Assembly: GCA_015493475.1 (NCBI GenBank)
Contig: WGDC01000001.1
Coordinates: 12,968 to 76,967, forward strand
Direction: 5' to 3'
Length of the DNA stretch: 64,000 bases
Source: Deltaproteobacteria bacterium
GTDB taxonomy: Bacteria; Desulfobacterota; Dissulfuribacteria; Dissulfuribacterales; QOAL01
Shown: piece by piece, positions 8,506 to 19,313 of the stretch
How the letters are laid out: each line of letters begins with the position of its first letter
Position numbering within the stretch: position 1 is the stretch's first letter
Notes under the pieces: model-generated
What the model saw: the letters and a program-made list of their open reading frames with translations, nothing else
Database searches by the model: none
Told to the model about the DNA's origin: nothing
Position numbers and translations under genes: made by a program

Positions 8506-9621
8506 ATGAAATTTCGCAGTATCACCATTCATCCTAAGGTCAGAGACACGGAAATAGCCAAGAGGCTTGGCGGCACAGCCGCCGTGGGGCCAGGTCCAGG
8601 GCTTTCAGACTACAGGCAGGGGAAACGTCATCTCTTTGCGACCCCAAAGCGCGGTGAGCTTTTTCATGTCTGTGCGTCTCTCGATCCACGCTACGTCTGC
8701 TGCAGCACCCATGTCGTCTCGCAGATAAGCAACTGCCCCTTCGAGTGTACTTACTGCTTCCTGCAAAATTACCTAACGGATACCACCCTGACCGTGGTGG
8801 CCGACACACGGGCCATAATCAGGGAAATCATGCAGAAGACCTCAGAGCAGCCCTGGAGGCTTTTCAGGATCGGGACATGGGAACTTGGTGATAGCCTTGC
8901 AGTTCCTCCCCTTAACGAGGCAGCCATAGGACTTGTACGGGAATTCCGGAACTTGGACAACTGCATTCTGAAACTCAGAACGAAGGGCAGCGCCGTGGAA
9001 CCACTGCTCGACGTCGACCACCAAGGTAAAACTGTAGTCTCCTGGACGGTGAATCCCCCGGAAATCATTCGCGGAGAGGAGATAGGCACCGCACCTTTGG
9101 AAGAAAGACTGCGCGCCATGGAACTTGTGTCGAGGGCGGGCTACCCGGTGGGACTCCATTTTGACCCCATGATCCTCTTTAAAGGCTGGGAAAAGGCGTA
9201 CAGGAAGCTGGTCCGTTCCATCTTTTCGGCCATAGGCCCGGAAAACTGCATCTGGATATCCATCGGAAGCCTAAGGTTCAACCCGGAAATGAAGAAAAAG
9301 ATCGAGAACAACTATCCTTTTTCGAGGATAACGGCTCAAGAGATGGTCCTTGGGGATGACAATAAGCTTCGCTATCTGCGTCCCGTCCGGGAAGAGATGT
9401 ACTCTTTTTTACTGCAATGTATAAAAGAGGTGGGCTGCGGGGAATGTTTTACATACCTTTGCATGGAAAGATGGAACGTGTGGGAAAAGGTATTCGGACG
9501 GTCTCCGTTTTCAATTGGCCACTTGGATTACCTCATGGCGAGGTCGGTCCACGAAAGATTCCCTGAAACAGCCAAAAAGGCCCCTGAAAAAAAACTGTAC
9601 CTTTCTCTGCGATATGGATGA
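8506..9621 (+). CDS. spore-photoproduct-lyase-family radical SAM protein (SplB-like)
   Basis: CPFECTYCFLQNY is a CxxxCxxC radical-SAM cluster in the SPL-type context (cf. C..C.YCYLQ). About 370 aa. The ATG at 8506 is 4 nt after the upstream stop. Confidence 0.75.
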   Translation: MKFRSITIHPKVRDTEIAKRLGGTAAVGPGPGLSDYRQGKRHLFATPKRGELFHVCASLDPRYVCCSTHVVSQISNCPFECTYCFLQNYLTDTTLTVVADTRAIIREIMQKTSEQPWRLFRIGTWELGDSLAVPPLNEAAIGLVREFRNLDNCILKLRTKGSAVEPLLDVDHQGKTVVSWTVNPPEIIRGEEIGTAPLEERLRAMELVSRAGYPVGLHFDPMILFKGWEKAYRKLVRSIFSAIGPENCIWISIGSLRFNPEMKKKIENNYPFSRITAQEMVLGDDNKLRYLRPVREEMYSFLLQCIKEVGCGECFTYLCMERWNVWEKVFGRSPFSIGHLDYLMARSVHERFPETAKKAPEKKLYLSLRYG

Positions 9622-9633
9622 AAATCCCGTATT

Positions 9634-10569
9634 CTAAAATAGGGGCCTTTTCCTGTTCCTGTGCCAGTTGAGTATGAGATTCCATGCCTCCTCGGCGCTG
9701 TCAGCAAAGGAAAATATGTTCAGGTCCCTTGCAGCGATACTCCCCTCCTCAACGAGGAAATCAAAATCGATCAGCCTGCTCCAATATCTCCTGCCTAGCA
9801 TTACAATGGGCATGGGTTCCTGCTTGCGGGTCTGTACAAGGGTCAATGTCTCAAAAAGTTCATCGAGAGTGCCAAAACCGCCGGGATAAACCACGAGGGC
9901 CTTTGCCCTGTTCAGGAAATGCAGCTTCCTCATTGCAAAATAATGGAACTGAAAACAAAGTCCCGGGGTGATGTAAGGATTGGGGTACTGTTCATGGGGA
10001 AGCTTGATGTTAAGGCCGATGGACTTTGCGCCAACGTCGTAGGCACCGCGGTTTGCCGCTTCCATGATACCGGGGCCTCCTCCTGTCATGAGAATAACCC
10101 TGCAATCCTCCGGACCTCTTCCGCTTTTGCCCACAAGGCGGCCAAACTGTCTCGCATCATCGTAATAGACGCTCTTTTCAACCATCTTCTCCGCCACCGA
10201 CAGCCTGCGAAGGAGACCATCAGATTCTCCATGGGACTCTATCTTCTTCTGGACCGCTTCGAGCTCCTTGAGGGCCGTGGCTTTCTCGAGAATCCTAGCA
10301 CTGCCAAAAACCACAATGGTGTGCTCTACGCCGAGCTCCTGAAGCCTGAGTTCCACCTTTAGATAGTCGAGTTGGAGCCTAATGCCCCGTGCCCTACGGG
10401 ACTTGATAAATTCCAGATCCTCCTCGGCCATGCGGTAGCTTGGGTCTTCCATTATCCTTTTTATAAGCTCCATGGCCTTGGGATCTTCTTCCCGGCGCTT
10501 TGGCTTCTGCCAGGGAAGCATGGTATCGTTTTGGCCCATGCCGGAATTCTGTTTCGTTTTTTTTGCCAT
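9634..10569 (-). CDS. LOG/TIGR00730-family Rossmann-fold nucleotide-binding protein (lysine-decarboxylase-like)
   Basis: VVFGSAR...GGGPGIMEAANRGA...PGGFGTLDELFE are LOG family motifs. Confidence 0.8.
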   Translation of the reverse strand: MAKKTKQNSGMGQNDTMLPWQKPKRREEDPKAMELIKRIMEDPSYRMAEEDLEFIKSRRARGIRLQLDYLKVELRLQELGVEHTIVVFGSARILEKATALKELEAVQKKIESHGESDGLLRRLSVAEKMVEKSVYYDDARQFGRLVGKSGRGPEDCRVILMTGGGPGIMEAANRGAYDVGAKSIGLNIKLPHEQYPNPYITPGLCFQFHYFAMRKLHFLNRAKALVVYPGGFGTLDELFETLTLVQTRKQEPMPIVMLGRRYWSRLIDFDFLVEEGSIAARDLNIFSFADSAEEAWNLILNWHRNRKRPLF

Positions 10570-10579
10570 GATTAACCTG

Positions 10580-11137
10580 TCAGTCCTTCTCCCCTTTTAT
10601 GTCGCGGGAAAGCTCCAATAGTTCTATGCCTGATTCTTTCAGCATCTCCAGCGACATGTCGTCCGGATAGCCTTCCTCATAATATATGCGCCTTATGCCT
10701 GCATTTATAAGCATCTTGGTACAGATGGAACAGGGAAGATTGGTACAGTAAAGTACCGAATCCACAACGGCTATACCATGATAGGCCGCCTGGATAAGGA
10801 CGTTCTGTTCAGCATGGAGGGCGCGGCAAAGCTCGTGCCTCTGACCTGACTTTATGCCGAGCTTCTCTCTTAGACATCCGATTTCAAGACAGTGTTTCAG
10901 ACCAGCCGGGGCCCCATTATAACCTGTACTAAGGACCCTCTTGTCCTTTACCAGCACCGCCCCAACCTTTCTCCTGAGACAGGTGGAACGCCCGGCGACA
11001 AGCCTTGCTATGGACATGAAGTACTCGTCCCAGCTTGGCCTACTGTCACGCCCGGCGCGCCTGTTACCAGTCACTTTCTCACTCGTTCTTCGTGCAATCT
11101 TCCAGGCTTTGCTCGTACCTTTTGAGCCGGGATTCAT
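10580..11137 (-). CDS. deoxycytidylate (dCMP) deaminase
   Basis: [20 protein letters not shown]...[10 protein letters not shown]...[13 protein letters not shown] are zinc-deaminase HAE/PCxxC motifs. The start is uncertain: the ATG at 11137 still overlaps the glyA 3' end, so the true start may be a downstream non-ATG codon. Confidence 0.85.
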   Translation of the reverse strand: MNPGSKGTSKAWKIARRTSEKVTGNRRAGRDSRPSWDEYFMSIARLVAGRSTCLRRKVGAVLVKDKRVLSTGYNGAPAGLKHCLEIGCLREKLGIKSGQRHELCRALHAEQNVLIQAAYHGIAVVDSVLYCTNLPCSICTKMLINAGIRRIYYEEGYPDDMSLEMLKESGIELLELSRDIKGEKD

Positions 11138-12365
11138 ATAATGGGAACCTGCTACAGATGTCCGACACCTTCTGCCTGATCCTCTTGGCCAGGTCCGCGT
11201 CATCCGGATTTAGAAGGAGATCGGCAATAAAACCGCCTACTTCCCTGATCTCGTCTTCCTTAAGGCCCCTCGTGGTTACGGCAGGGGTTCCTATGCGAAT
11301 CCCGCTTGTAACACTCGGCGGCTGAGGATCAAAGGGTATGGTATTCTTATTTACAGTGATGCCCGCCCTCTCGAGTATCTTTTCCGCATCAGCCCCGGTA
11401 ATGGCCTTGTCAGAAAGGTCCACAAGAATGAGATGGTTGTCAGTGCCCCCTGAAACCAGTCTGAACCCCCTGTCAATCAGGACCTGTGATAATATCTTTG
11501 CATTGGACACAATCCGCTGGCAGTAAAATTTGAACTCATCTCCAAGTGCCTCCTTGAAGGCGACCGCCTTGGCGGCAATAACCTGCATCAATGGGCCTCC
11601 CTGGATACCAGGAAATATCTGGCTGTTCAAGAGCCTTGAATACTTTTCGGTCGACAGGATGAAACCGCCCCGTGGCCCCCTGAGAGTCTTGTGGGTGGTT
11701 GATGTAACAAATTCCGCAAAAGGAACCGGAGAAGGGTGAATCCCTGCTGCCACGAGTCCGGAAATATGGGCCATGTCCACCATAAGGTAAGCCCCAACCT
11801 CATCTGCGATCATACGAAAGATGGAGAAATCGATACTCCGTGGATAGGAGCTGGCTCCAGCTACTATGAGTTTTGGCCTGTGTTTTCGGGCCAGTTCCGC
11901 CACCTGGTCGAAATCTATGATTTCGCTCTCCCTGTCTACACCGTAATGCACCACGTTGAACAGCCTACCGGAAAAACTTACAGGAGAACCGTGGGAAAGA
12001 TGGCCTCCATGGGCGAGATTCATGGAGAGGATGGTGTCCCCAGGGTTGAGAACGGCGAAATAGACAGCCATGTTGGCCTGGCTGCCTGAATGAGGCTGGA
12101 CGTTGGCATACTCGGATCCGAATAGCATGTTTAGACGGTCAATGGCAAGCTGTTCCACCACATCCACGTTTTCACAGCCGCCATAGTAACGTCTGCCAGG
12201 ATAACCCTCGGCGTACTTGTTCATGAATACGCTTCCCTCGGCCTGCATGACCGCCTCGCTGGCAAAATTTTCCGAGGCTATCATCTCAAGCTGACCGGTC
12301 TGCCGCCCAATTTCCGCCCTAAGGGCATTGAATATCTGGTAATCAGTCTCGCACAGCTCTTTCAT
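11079..12365 (-). CDS. glyA: serine hydroxymethyltransferase
   Basis: [40 protein letters not shown]...[14 protein letters not shown] are canonical SHMT motifs. Confidence 0.97.
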   Translation of the reverse strand: MKELCETDYQIFNALRAEIGRQTGQLEMIASENFASEAVMQAEGSVFMNKYAEGYPGRRYYGGCENVDVVEQLAIDRLNMLFGSEYANVQPHSGSQANMAVYFAVLNPGDTILSMNLAHGGHLSHGSPVSFSGRLFNVVHYGVDRESEIIDFDQVAELARKHRPKLIVAGASSYPRSIDFSIFRMIADEVGAYLMVDMAHISGLVAAGIHPSPVPFAEFVTSTTHKTLRGPRGGFILSTEKYSRLLNSQIFPGIQGGPLMQVIAAKAVAFKEALGDEFKFYCQRIVSNAKILSQVLIDRGFRLVSGGTDNHLILVDLSDKAITGADAEKILERAGITVNKNTIPFDPQPPSVTSGIRIGTPAVTTRGLKEDEIREVGGFIADLLLNPDDADLAKRIRQKVSDICSRFPLYESRLKRYEQSLEDCTKNE

Positions 12366-12390
12366 TTCCGCACCTGCATAAGAATATGGA

Positions 12391-12837
12391 TCAGGAACAC
12401 TCCTGCTCCTCGCTGTCTATCTGGCACAAGCGCCTCGAGTGCCTTCCTCCCTCAAAAGGGGTGGCAAGCCATACCTTAACCATCTCCATGGCAAGACCCG
12501 GCCCTGTTACCCTGCCTCCCATGCACAGAATGTTTGAATCGTTGTGCCTCCTGCTCATCTCCGCTGTAAAAAGGCCGTGGCAAAGGGTCGCCCTTATCCC
12601 CGGGGTCCTGTTGGCAGCAATGGACATGCCTATCCCGGTTCCACAAATCAGTATCCCCCTGTCGGCCTTTCCATCCCTGACAAGGCTAACCACCTTTTTG
12701 GCCTCCAATGGATAGTCTACCGACTCAAGGGAATAGCAGCCAACATCGTCCACTTCGTGCCCGAGCTCTCCAAGGAGTGGCTTAACGAGCTCCTTTAACT
12801 CAAAACCACCATGATCGGAACCAATAGCAATCTTCAT
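12391..12837 (-). CDS. rpiB: ribose-5-phosphate isomerase B
   Basis: [16 protein letters not shown]...[16 protein letters not shown]...[12 protein letters not shown] is the RpiB/LacAB pattern. Confidence 0.93.
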   Translation of the reverse strand: MKIAIGSDHGGFELKELVKPLLGELGHEVDDVGCYSLESVDYPLEAKKVVSLVRDGKADRGILICGTGIGMSIAANRTPGIRATLCHGLFTAEMSRRHNDSNILCMGGRVTGPGLAMEMVKVWLATPFEGGRHSRRLCQIDSEEQECS

Positions 12838-12842
12838 AAGGA

Positions 12843-14102
12843 TCACGCCCTCTTGAATATCAATACGCCGTTGGTACCACCAAAGCCGAAGGAGTTACTC
12901 ATTGCGGTGTGAATATCCATCTTTCTCGCCTCGTTGGGCACGTAATCTAGGTCGCACTCGGGATCCGGATGCTCATAGTTGATGGTTGGAGGCACAACCC
13001 CGTCCTCTAAGGCCTTTACGCTAAATACGGCCTCAACCCCGCCTGCACCGCCGAGGAGATGGCCGGTCATGGACTTGGTGGAACTTACGGGGATCTTGTA
13101 CGCATATTCACCAAATACTGCCTTTATGGCCTTTGTTTCGCAGCTGTCGTTTAGCGGAGTACTGGTACCGTGGGCATTTATATAGTCAATGTCCTGCGGT
13201 GTCATGCAAGCGTCCTTAAGCGCCTCCTTCATGGCCCGGGCCCCTCCCTCGCCGTCGTCGGGAGGCGCGGTCATGTGAAAAGCGTCGCCGCTCAGGCCGA
13301 ACCCGCCGATTTCAGCCCTTATCCTTGCCCCACGTCTTTCCGCATGATCGAGGCTTTCAATAATCAGAATGCCGGCACCCTCACCGATGACAAAGCCATC
13401 ACGGTCCCGCTCGAAGGGACGCGATGCCCTGTCAGGTTCTTCATTCCTTGTGGACAGGGCCTTGAGAGACGCAAATCCGGCCAGGGCAAGCTCGGTAATC
13501 ACTGCCTCGGTGCCTCCGCAGAACATTATATCTGCCGCACCCCTTTGTATCTCTTTGAATGCCTGGCCAATGGCATGGGTGCCTGCCGCACACGCGGTGC
13601 AAACCACCGTGTTGGGGCCCTTGGCATTAAACAATATGGAAATCTGTCCTGACGCCATGTTTGGGATAGCCATAGGAATAAAAAAGGGACTCACCCGTCT
13701 CGGCCCTCTGTTGACCAAGATATCCCTGAAATATTCTATGGAGCTTAACCCGCCAAGACCGCAGCCTGTGATGACACCTATTCTCTCCGGGTCAGCGGTG
13801 CTGGAATCGAGGCCGGAATCCTCCCAGGCCTCCTTTGAAGCAACAATTGCATACTGAACAAATGGATCAAGCCTCTTTACGAGCTTTGCATTAATGAACC
13901 GTTCCGGCTCGAAATCCTTAACCTCGCCTGCAATGCGGCAGCTATAACCTTTGGTGTCAAATTTAGTGACCGGACCTATGCCCGATCTGCCGGATACTAT
14001 ATTATCCCAGCCCTCCTTGACCCCAATTCCTACCGGGGACACCAGACCAAGACCAGTCACAACAACCCTGCGGCTACAATCTTGTGCGCCCATAAAAGTC
14101 AC
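12843..14102 (-). CDS. fabF: 3-oxoacyl-ACP synthase II
   Basis: [13 protein letters not shown]...[13 protein letters not shown] (active-site Cys)...NAHGTSTP...[12 protein letters not shown]. Confidence 0.95.
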   Translation of the reverse strand: MTFMGAQDCSRRVVVTGLGLVSPVGIGVKEGWDNIVSGRSGIGPVTKFDTKGYSCRIAGEVKDFEPERFINAKLVKRLDPFVQYAIVASKEAWEDSGLDSSTADPERIGVITGCGLGGLSSIEYFRDILVNRGPRRVSPFFIPMAIPNMASGQISILFNAKGPNTVVCTACAAGTHAIGQAFKEIQRGAADIMFCGGTEAVITELALAGFASLKALSTRNEEPDRASRPFERDRDGFVIGEGAGILIIESLDHAERRGARIRAEIGGFGLSGDAFHMTAPPDDGEGGARAMKEALKDACMTPQDIDYINAHGTSTPLNDSCETKAIKAVFGEYAYKIPVSSTKSMTGHLLGGAGGVEAVFSVKALEDGVVPPTINYEHPDPECDLDYVPNEARKMDIHTAMSNSFGFGGTNGVLIFKRA

Positions 14103-14114
14103 TTTTCCTAATCC

Positions 14115-14351
14115 CTATTTTCCCATGTGCTGTTTCACATAATCTATGGTGTCCTGCACGGTCTGGAGCTTTTCGGCATCTTCGTCGGCTATTTCCATCC
14201 CATATTCCTCTTCCATGGCCATGACAAGCTCCACGAGATCAAGGCTGTCTGCACCGAGATCATCAGTGAACGATGCCTGGGGTACGACCTTCTCCTTCGG
14301 AACGCTAAGCTGGCTCGAGATTATCTCAATAATTTTTTCCTGAACATCCAT
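14115..14351 (-). CDS. acpP: acyl carrier protein
   Basis: [15 protein letters not shown]...[20 protein letters not shown] contains the DSL phosphopantetheine site. The ATG at 14351 is preferred to the ORF-track start at 14402. Confidence 0.95.
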   Translation of the reverse strand: MDVQEKIIEIISSQLSVPKEKVVPQASFTDDLGADSLDLVELVMAMEEEYGMEIADEDAEKLQTVQDTIDYVKQHMGK

Positions 14352-14373
14352 TTTTGTTTCCTCCTGTATATCC

Positions 14374-15129
14374 TTATTGGCAGACAAGCCCGCCGTTAAC
14401 ATGCAAGGTATGCCCCGTTATGTAGGCGGCATCCTCAGACGCCAGAAAAGACACGGCTGCCGCGACCTCGTGGGGCTGCCCCATCCTGCCAAGTGGAATC
14501 TCTCCAATAAGGCGCTCCTTTATTTTATCGGGCAAAACCGCCGTCATGTCTGTTTCTATAAAACCAGGTGCTACAAGATTCACGGTAATGCCCCGGGAGG
14601 CCATCTCCTTGGCAACGGTCTTGGTTAAACCGGCAAGACCCGCCTTCGCAGCAGCGTAGTTGGCCTGCCCTGGGTTCCCAGAGACGCCGACAACTGAACC
14701 TATGTTAATGATCCTGCCCCACCTGGCCTTCATCATGGCCATGGCGCAGGCCTGCATACAGTTAAAGGCCCCCTTGAGATTAACTGAGACGACCTTATCC
14801 CAGTCCGACTCCTTCATCCTTGCAACAAGGGCGTCCCTTGTTATCCCTGCATTGTTTACAAGTATCTGGATAGGGCCGTTTTCCTTTATGAAACCCGATA
14901 CCTTTTCCTTGACAGAAGATGCATCCGATACGTCAAAGGGAAGAAGTGAACCGCTTCCTCCCTGGGCCTCAACCCTGTCAAGGACTTCCATGGCTGCGTC
15001 CTCGTTTGACGCATAGTTTATGATTACGTGAGCACCATCCCCGGCAAGCTTGAGGCAAATGGCCCTTCCAATGCCCCTTGAGCCTCCCGTGATCAGTGCA
15101 TTTTTTCCTTTCAGCCTTTTTTCACACAT
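14374..15129 (-). CDS. fabG: 3-oxoacyl-ACP reductase
   Basis: [14 protein letters not shown]...NNAG...[20 protein letters not shown] (SDR YxxxK)...HVNGG. Confidence 0.93.
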   Translation of the reverse strand: MCEKRLKGKNALITGGSRGIGRAICLKLAGDGAHVIINYASNEDAAMEVLDRVEAQGGSGSLLPFDVSDASSVKEKVSGFIKENGPIQILVNNAGITRDALVARMKESDWDKVVSVNLKGAFNCMQACAMAMMKARWGRIINIGSVVGVSGNPGQANYAAAKAGLAGLTKTVAKEMASRGITVNLVAPGFIETDMTAVLPDKIKERLIGEIPLGRMGQPHEVAAAVSFLASEDAAYITGHTLHVNGGLVCQ

Positions 15130-16330
15130 CCTTTATCCCGCGCTCCTCGCTAACTTTCCTTATCAGGGCAGGGAGCACCTCCCTAACATCCCCTACTATA
15201 GCATAGGTGGCAACATCGAATATGGGGGCATCCTTATCCTTGTTTATGGCTACAATGATGTCAGACCCCTGCATACCTACAAGATGCTGAATGGCTCCGC
15301 TTACGCCGCAGGCTATGTAGAGCCTCGGAGAAACCGTCACACCTGTTTGCCCGATTTGGTGATTTGCGGAGATCCACCCGGCCTCTGTCACAGCCCTCGT
15401 CGCACCAATGCCCGCATCAAGGCAGTGAGCCAGCCTTTCCACGAGATGCAGATTCTCCTTCTGCTCAAGTCCCCTTCCTGCAGTAACAACTATTTCCGCA
15501 TCGGTAAGCCCGGGCCCGTCAGACTCCTCTGTAACCGACTCAACAACCTTGACCCTGTGCTCAAGAAGCTCAGCAGAAGGCTCAAACTCCACGATTTCTC
15601 CCTGCCTCGACTCATCAGGCTCCAGGGCCTTCAGGACATGAGGGCGTACCGTGGCCATCTGAGGCCTGTGTTCATCGCATATTATAGTGGCCATAAGATT
15701 CCCTCCAAAGGCGGGACGAGTCTGAAGGAGGTTCCTGCCTTCTTCCTCTATCTTAAGACCCGTGCAGTCGGCGGTAAGCCCTGTCTCGAGCATGGTGGCT
15801 ACCTGGGGAATAAAAGCCCTGCCCATGGCGGTAGCACCAGCAAGGATAATCTCTGGCCGTTCTTTCCTTGCAAGATGGGAGACTATCTTTGAATACGCCT
15901 CGTCCACGAAGTTTGAAAGCCCTGGATGGTCCACCACTATTACCCTGTCTGCACCCCTTGCCACAAGATCAGGAGCCATCTCCTTCACCGCACTGCCGAG
16001 AACCACTGCCGTGACAGGCACAGAAAGCCTATCCGCAAGCTGGCGCGCCTTTCCCAGAAGTTCAAAGGTAACCGGAGCAAAACCGTTTCCCCTTACCTCT
16101 GCCACCACCCAGACGCCGCTCCATGCGCTAAAATCCTGCTTTTCCTTCCCGGGACCCTCCGATTCCATCTCCAGGGCCTCTTCCGGACATGTATCCACAC
16201 AGGTACCGCACAAAGAACAAAGCTCCGGGTCCACTTTTGCCTTATCATCAAGAACGGTAATGGCCCCAAAGCTGCATACCTCTTCACATTCGCCGCAGCC
16301 AGTGCATTTTTCAATATCTACCTTCAGCAT
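15122..16330 (-). CDS. etfA: electron transfer flavoprotein alpha subunit with N-terminal 2x[4Fe-4S] ferredoxin domain
   Basis: N-terminus: CTGCGECEEVC and CSLCGTCVDTCP. C-terminus: PRLYIACGVSGAIQHLVGMQGSDIIVAINKDKDAPIF (EtfA FAD motif). Confidence 0.87.
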   Translation of the reverse strand: MLKVDIEKCTGCGECEEVCSFGAITVLDDKAKVDPELCSLCGTCVDTCPEEALEMESEGPGKEKQDFSAWSGVWVVAEVRGNGFAPVTFELLGKARQLADRLSVPVTAVVLGSAVKEMAPDLVARGADRVIVVDHPGLSNFVDEAYSKIVSHLARKERPEIILAGATAMGRAFIPQVATMLETGLTADCTGLKIEEEGRNLLQTRPAFGGNLMATIICDEHRPQMATVRPHVLKALEPDESRQGEIVEFEPSAELLEHRVKVVESVTEESDGPGLTDAEIVVTAGRGLEQKENLHLVERLAHCLDAGIGATRAVTEAGWISANHQIGQTGVTVSPRLYIACGVSGAIQHLVGMQGSDIIVAINKDKDAPIFDVATYAIVGDVREVLPALIRKVSEERGIKDV

Positions 16331-17118
16331 CAGATGATTCCCGCCTCTTTCAACCTCTCCACCAAGGCATCGGCCTGCTCTTCAGCTCCCCCTTCTATGA
16401 ACTCGCGCCTCGCCTCAAACTTCGGGATAAATGTAGAGTAAACCTTTGTTGGAGAACCCGACAGGCCGATTTTGTCTAAGCTAGCATCGATGTCCGATGC
16501 GCTCCACAAGGGGACCTCGGCCTTTTTGGCCCTCATCTTTCCCTTAAGCGACGGCACTCTCGGCGTATTCAAGGAAGAAAGCACGGTAACAACCACGGGA
16601 AATTCCACCTCAACCACGTCGAAACCGTGCTCAGATATGCGTCTGATTCTGAGTCCCCTTTCCCCGTCTAGGATATCCATCTGGCTCGCGTACGTAACAC
16701 ATGGGAAGCGTAGTCGAACCGCAAGCCCGGGACCCACCTGGGCTGTATCGCCGTCAATAGCCTGTTTCCCGCAAAATACAACGTCCACGTCGCCGAGCTT
16801 TTTAATAGCCTGTGCAAGAGTGTAGGTGGTTGCAAGTGTGTCAGCCCCTGCAAAGGCCCTGTCAGACACAACCACGCCGCCATCCACGCCCATTGACATG
16901 GCCTCACGAATGGCTTCCTGGGCCTGGGGGGGACCCATTGTAACCGCTATCACCTTTCCACCAAGCTCGTCCTTCAGCGTAAGGGCAGCCTCGATGGCAT
17001 GGTAGTCAAAGGGGTTAATAACGCTCTTTACGCCATCTCTTATGAGTGTCCCTGTCTTGTGATCCCACTTGACACTCTCCGCATCTGGGACCTGTTTTAT
17101 GCAAACTACTATATCCAT
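16330..17118 (-). CDS. etfB: electron transfer flavoprotein beta subunit (carries the DGDTAQVGP motif associated with bifurcating Etf)
   Basis: MDIVVCIKQVPD...VFCGKQAIDGDTAQVGPGLA. The stop overlaps the etfA start. Confidence 0.9.
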   Translation of the reverse strand: MDIVVCIKQVPDAESVKWDHKTGTLIRDGVKSVINPFDYHAIEAALTLKDELGGKVIAVTMGPPQAQEAIREAMSMGVDGGVVVSDRAFAGADTLATTYTLAQAIKKLGDVDVVFCGKQAIDGDTAQVGPGLAVRLRFPCVTYASQMDILDGERGLRIRRISEHGFDVVEVEFPVVVTVLSSLNTPRVPSLKGKMRAKKAEVPLWSASDIDASLDKIGLSGSPTKVYSTFIPKFEARREFIEGGAEEQADALVERLKEAGII

Positions 17119-17123
17119 TTGTC

Positions 17124-18287
17124 CTATCTTCTTGCATACTCCTTGTTGAGGGCCTGACCTATGACGTTTCTTTGTATCTGATTGGTGCCCTCGTATATCT
17201 GGAGTATCTTTGCATCCCGCATCATCTTCTCCACAGGATAATCCTTCATGTACCCGTAACCGCCAAGTATCTGTACCGCATCTGTTGTCACCTTCATAGC
17301 TACATCTGTCGGAAACAGCTTCGCCATGGCGGATATCTTGGAAATGTCCTTTTCACCTGAGTCTATCGTGCGCGCCACAGAATAAACAAGCGCCCGCGCC
17401 GCCTCTATGTGGGTGGCCATGTCGGCAAGCATATGCTGTATAGCCTGAAATGATATGATTGGCTGCCCGAACTGGACGCGTTGACGCGCATAGGTGGCCG
17501 ACTCGTCAAGGGCTGCCTGGGAAAGCCCCACGCCAATGGCACCGATTCCTGGACGGGCTAGGTCCAAAGTCTTCATGGCGATTATAAAACCAAGCCCCCT
17601 CCTGCCTAGCAACCTGTCCTTTGGGATGCGGCAGTCGTTGAACACGAGCTCCCTAGTGGCCGAGGCACGAAGCCCCATCTTCTTCTCCTTCTTACCAAAG
17701 GTGAAACCATCGTCTCCCTTTTCCAATATAAAGGCAGAAGCACCTCTGGCGCCCTTATTTTTATCCGTAAGCGCTATAATGGTGTAAATTTCCGCTTCTC
17801 CGCCGCTCGTAATCCACTGTTTTGTCCCGTTCAGCACCCAGTAGTCACCATCCTCAACGGCGGTCGTCTTTATGGCTGCCGCGTCACTGCCGGCTCCTGC
17901 CTCTGTAAGGCCAAAAGCTGCAAGCCTTGCACCAGAAGCAATATCAGGCAGGTACCTCTTTTTCTGCCCCTCTGTACCGTACATAACAATGGGATATCCA
18001 CCAAGTGCGCTTGCAGCAAAAGTAGTTGTTACAGCGATACATCCATAGGCGAGCTGCTCTACTGCTATGCAGTTTTCAAAGCAGCCTCCCCCGAGACCTC
18101 CAAACTCTTCGGGAATATAGAGGCCGAACAGGTCCGCCTGAGCCAGGTCCTTCATGATGTCCCATGGAAACTCCTCGGTTTCATCGAGCCTTGCCCGAAC
18201 AGGTATGATCTTTTCGTGCGCGATCTGCCTTGCCAGATCCACAATCATCTGCTGTTCTTCAGTGAGAAAATAGTTTACGTTTGACAT
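17124..18287 (-). CDS. acyl-CoA dehydrogenase (short-chain/butyryl-CoA dehydrogenase-like)
   Basis: FGLTEAGAGSDAAA...WITSGG...QILGGYGYMKDYPVEKMMRDAKILQIYEGTNQIQ contains the catalytic Glu context. Confidence 0.9.
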   Translation of the reverse strand: MSNVNYFLTEEQQMIVDLARQIAHEKIIPVRARLDETEEFPWDIMKDLAQADLFGLYIPEEFGGLGGGCFENCIAVEQLAYGCIAVTTTFAASALGGYPIVMYGTEGQKKRYLPDIASGARLAAFGLTEAGAGSDAAAIKTTAVEDGDYWVLNGTKQWITSGGEAEIYTIIALTDKNKGARGASAFILEKGDDGFTFGKKEKKMGLRASATRELVFNDCRIPKDRLLGRRGLGFIIAMKTLDLARPGIGAIGVGLSQAALDESATYARQRVQFGQPIISFQAIQHMLADMATHIEAARALVYSVARTIDSGEKDISKISAMAKLFPTDVAMKVTTDAVQILGGYGYMKDYPVEKMMRDAKILQIYEGTNQIQRNVIGQALNKEYARR

Positions 18288-18320
18288 TAAAAGCCCTCTC
18301 CTTCCTTTAAGAACTGCAAA

Positions 18321-19304
18321 TTACCAGCTCATGGTGACACCAGCCCAGGTAAAACCGCCTCCGAAAGAAACCAGCAGCACCTTGTCCCCGGCCATCAGTC
18401 TGCCTTGCCGATTGGCCTCATCAAGGGCTATGGGTATACTCGCCGCTGAGGTATTACCATACTTGTGGATATTGATAAAGACCTTGTCCCTCGGCAAAGA
18501 AAGCCTTTCTCTCAGGTGTTCCAGTATCCTTATATTCGCCTGATGGGCTATGAGAAGATCTATCTCTTCCATGGACCATCCTGATGCATCAACCGCCTCT
18601 AAGGCTACCGATTCCAGGGCCTTTACCGCGTGCTTGAACACGTCTCTTCCCTGCATCTCTATGTATTGCCAACCCTTTTCAAGAATGGAAGCGTCAACCG
18701 GATGCGCAGTGCCAAGCCCTCTTATGGTAAGAAGTTCCCACAGGGTTCCATCCGCATGCAAACAGGTAGAGACAATGCCCCTTTCGCCTTCTCCACCTGT
18801 TACTACCGCCGCCCCTGCCCCGTCTGCAAAGAGCACACACGTGGTCCTGTCCCGCCAGTTGGTCCTTCTTGAAAGGACCTCGCTTCCTATGACCAAGACC
18901 TTCATGTCGGGCTCAGATCTCACGAACTTGTCTGCTATGGATAGCCCGTAAAGAAAACCGGAACATGTAGCTGATACATCCATGGCGCCTGCCTTTTTAG
19001 CACCCAAAGCCTGCTGCACAAGGCAGGCTACAGATGGCATAGGCATGTCCGGGCTAAGCGTTCCCACTATTATCAGGCCGAGGTCATCAGGAGAAATCGT
19101 AGCCATTTTAAGGGCTGCCCTTGCTGCCCCTACGGCCAGATCAGAATTATTTTCTCCCTGCTCCACTATATGCCTTTCCTTTATGCCGGTCCTTGTAGTT
19201 ATCCACTCGTCGCTGGTATCGATAATTTTCTCAAGGTCCTTGTTCGTTAGCACCTTTTCAGGCACACACGATCCGGTTCCCACGATTTTTGCCCTAATTG
19301 TCAT
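18321..19304 (-). CDS. fabH: 3-oxoacyl-ACP synthase III
   Basis: GTGSCVPEKVLTN...DVSATCSGFLYGL (active Cys)...AHQANIRI...GNTSAASIP. Confidence 0.95.
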   Translation of the reverse strand: MTIRAKIVGTGSCVPEKVLTNKDLEKIIDTSDEWITTRTGIKERHIVEQGENNSDLAVGAARAALKMATISPDDLGLIIVGTLSPDMPMPSVACLVQQALGAKKAGAMDVSATCSGFLYGLSIADKFVRSEPDMKVLVIGSEVLSRRTNWRDRTTCVLFADGAGAAVVTGGEGERGIVSTCLHADGTLWELLTIRGLGTAHPVDASILEKGWQYIEMQGRDVFKHAVKALESVALEAVDASGWSMEEIDLLIAHQANIRILEHLRERLSLPRDKVFINIHKYGNTSAASIPIALDEANRQGRLMAGDKVLLVSFGGGFTWAGVTMSW

Positions 19305-19313
19305 GATTGAAAA

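Noticed and set aside
10580-11203. Longest-ORF version of the dCMP deaminase overlapping glyA by about 125 nt
   Set aside because: The conserved deaminase sequence starts near ...PSWDEYFM. Such a long same-strand overlap is implausible, so a later start (11137 or further downstream) was adopted.
15050-15892. 280-aa ORF on the plus strand
   Set aside because: It lies entirely antisense to fabG/etfA, which have unmistakable motifs. It has no RBS and no recognisable domain. It is a typical shadow ORF.
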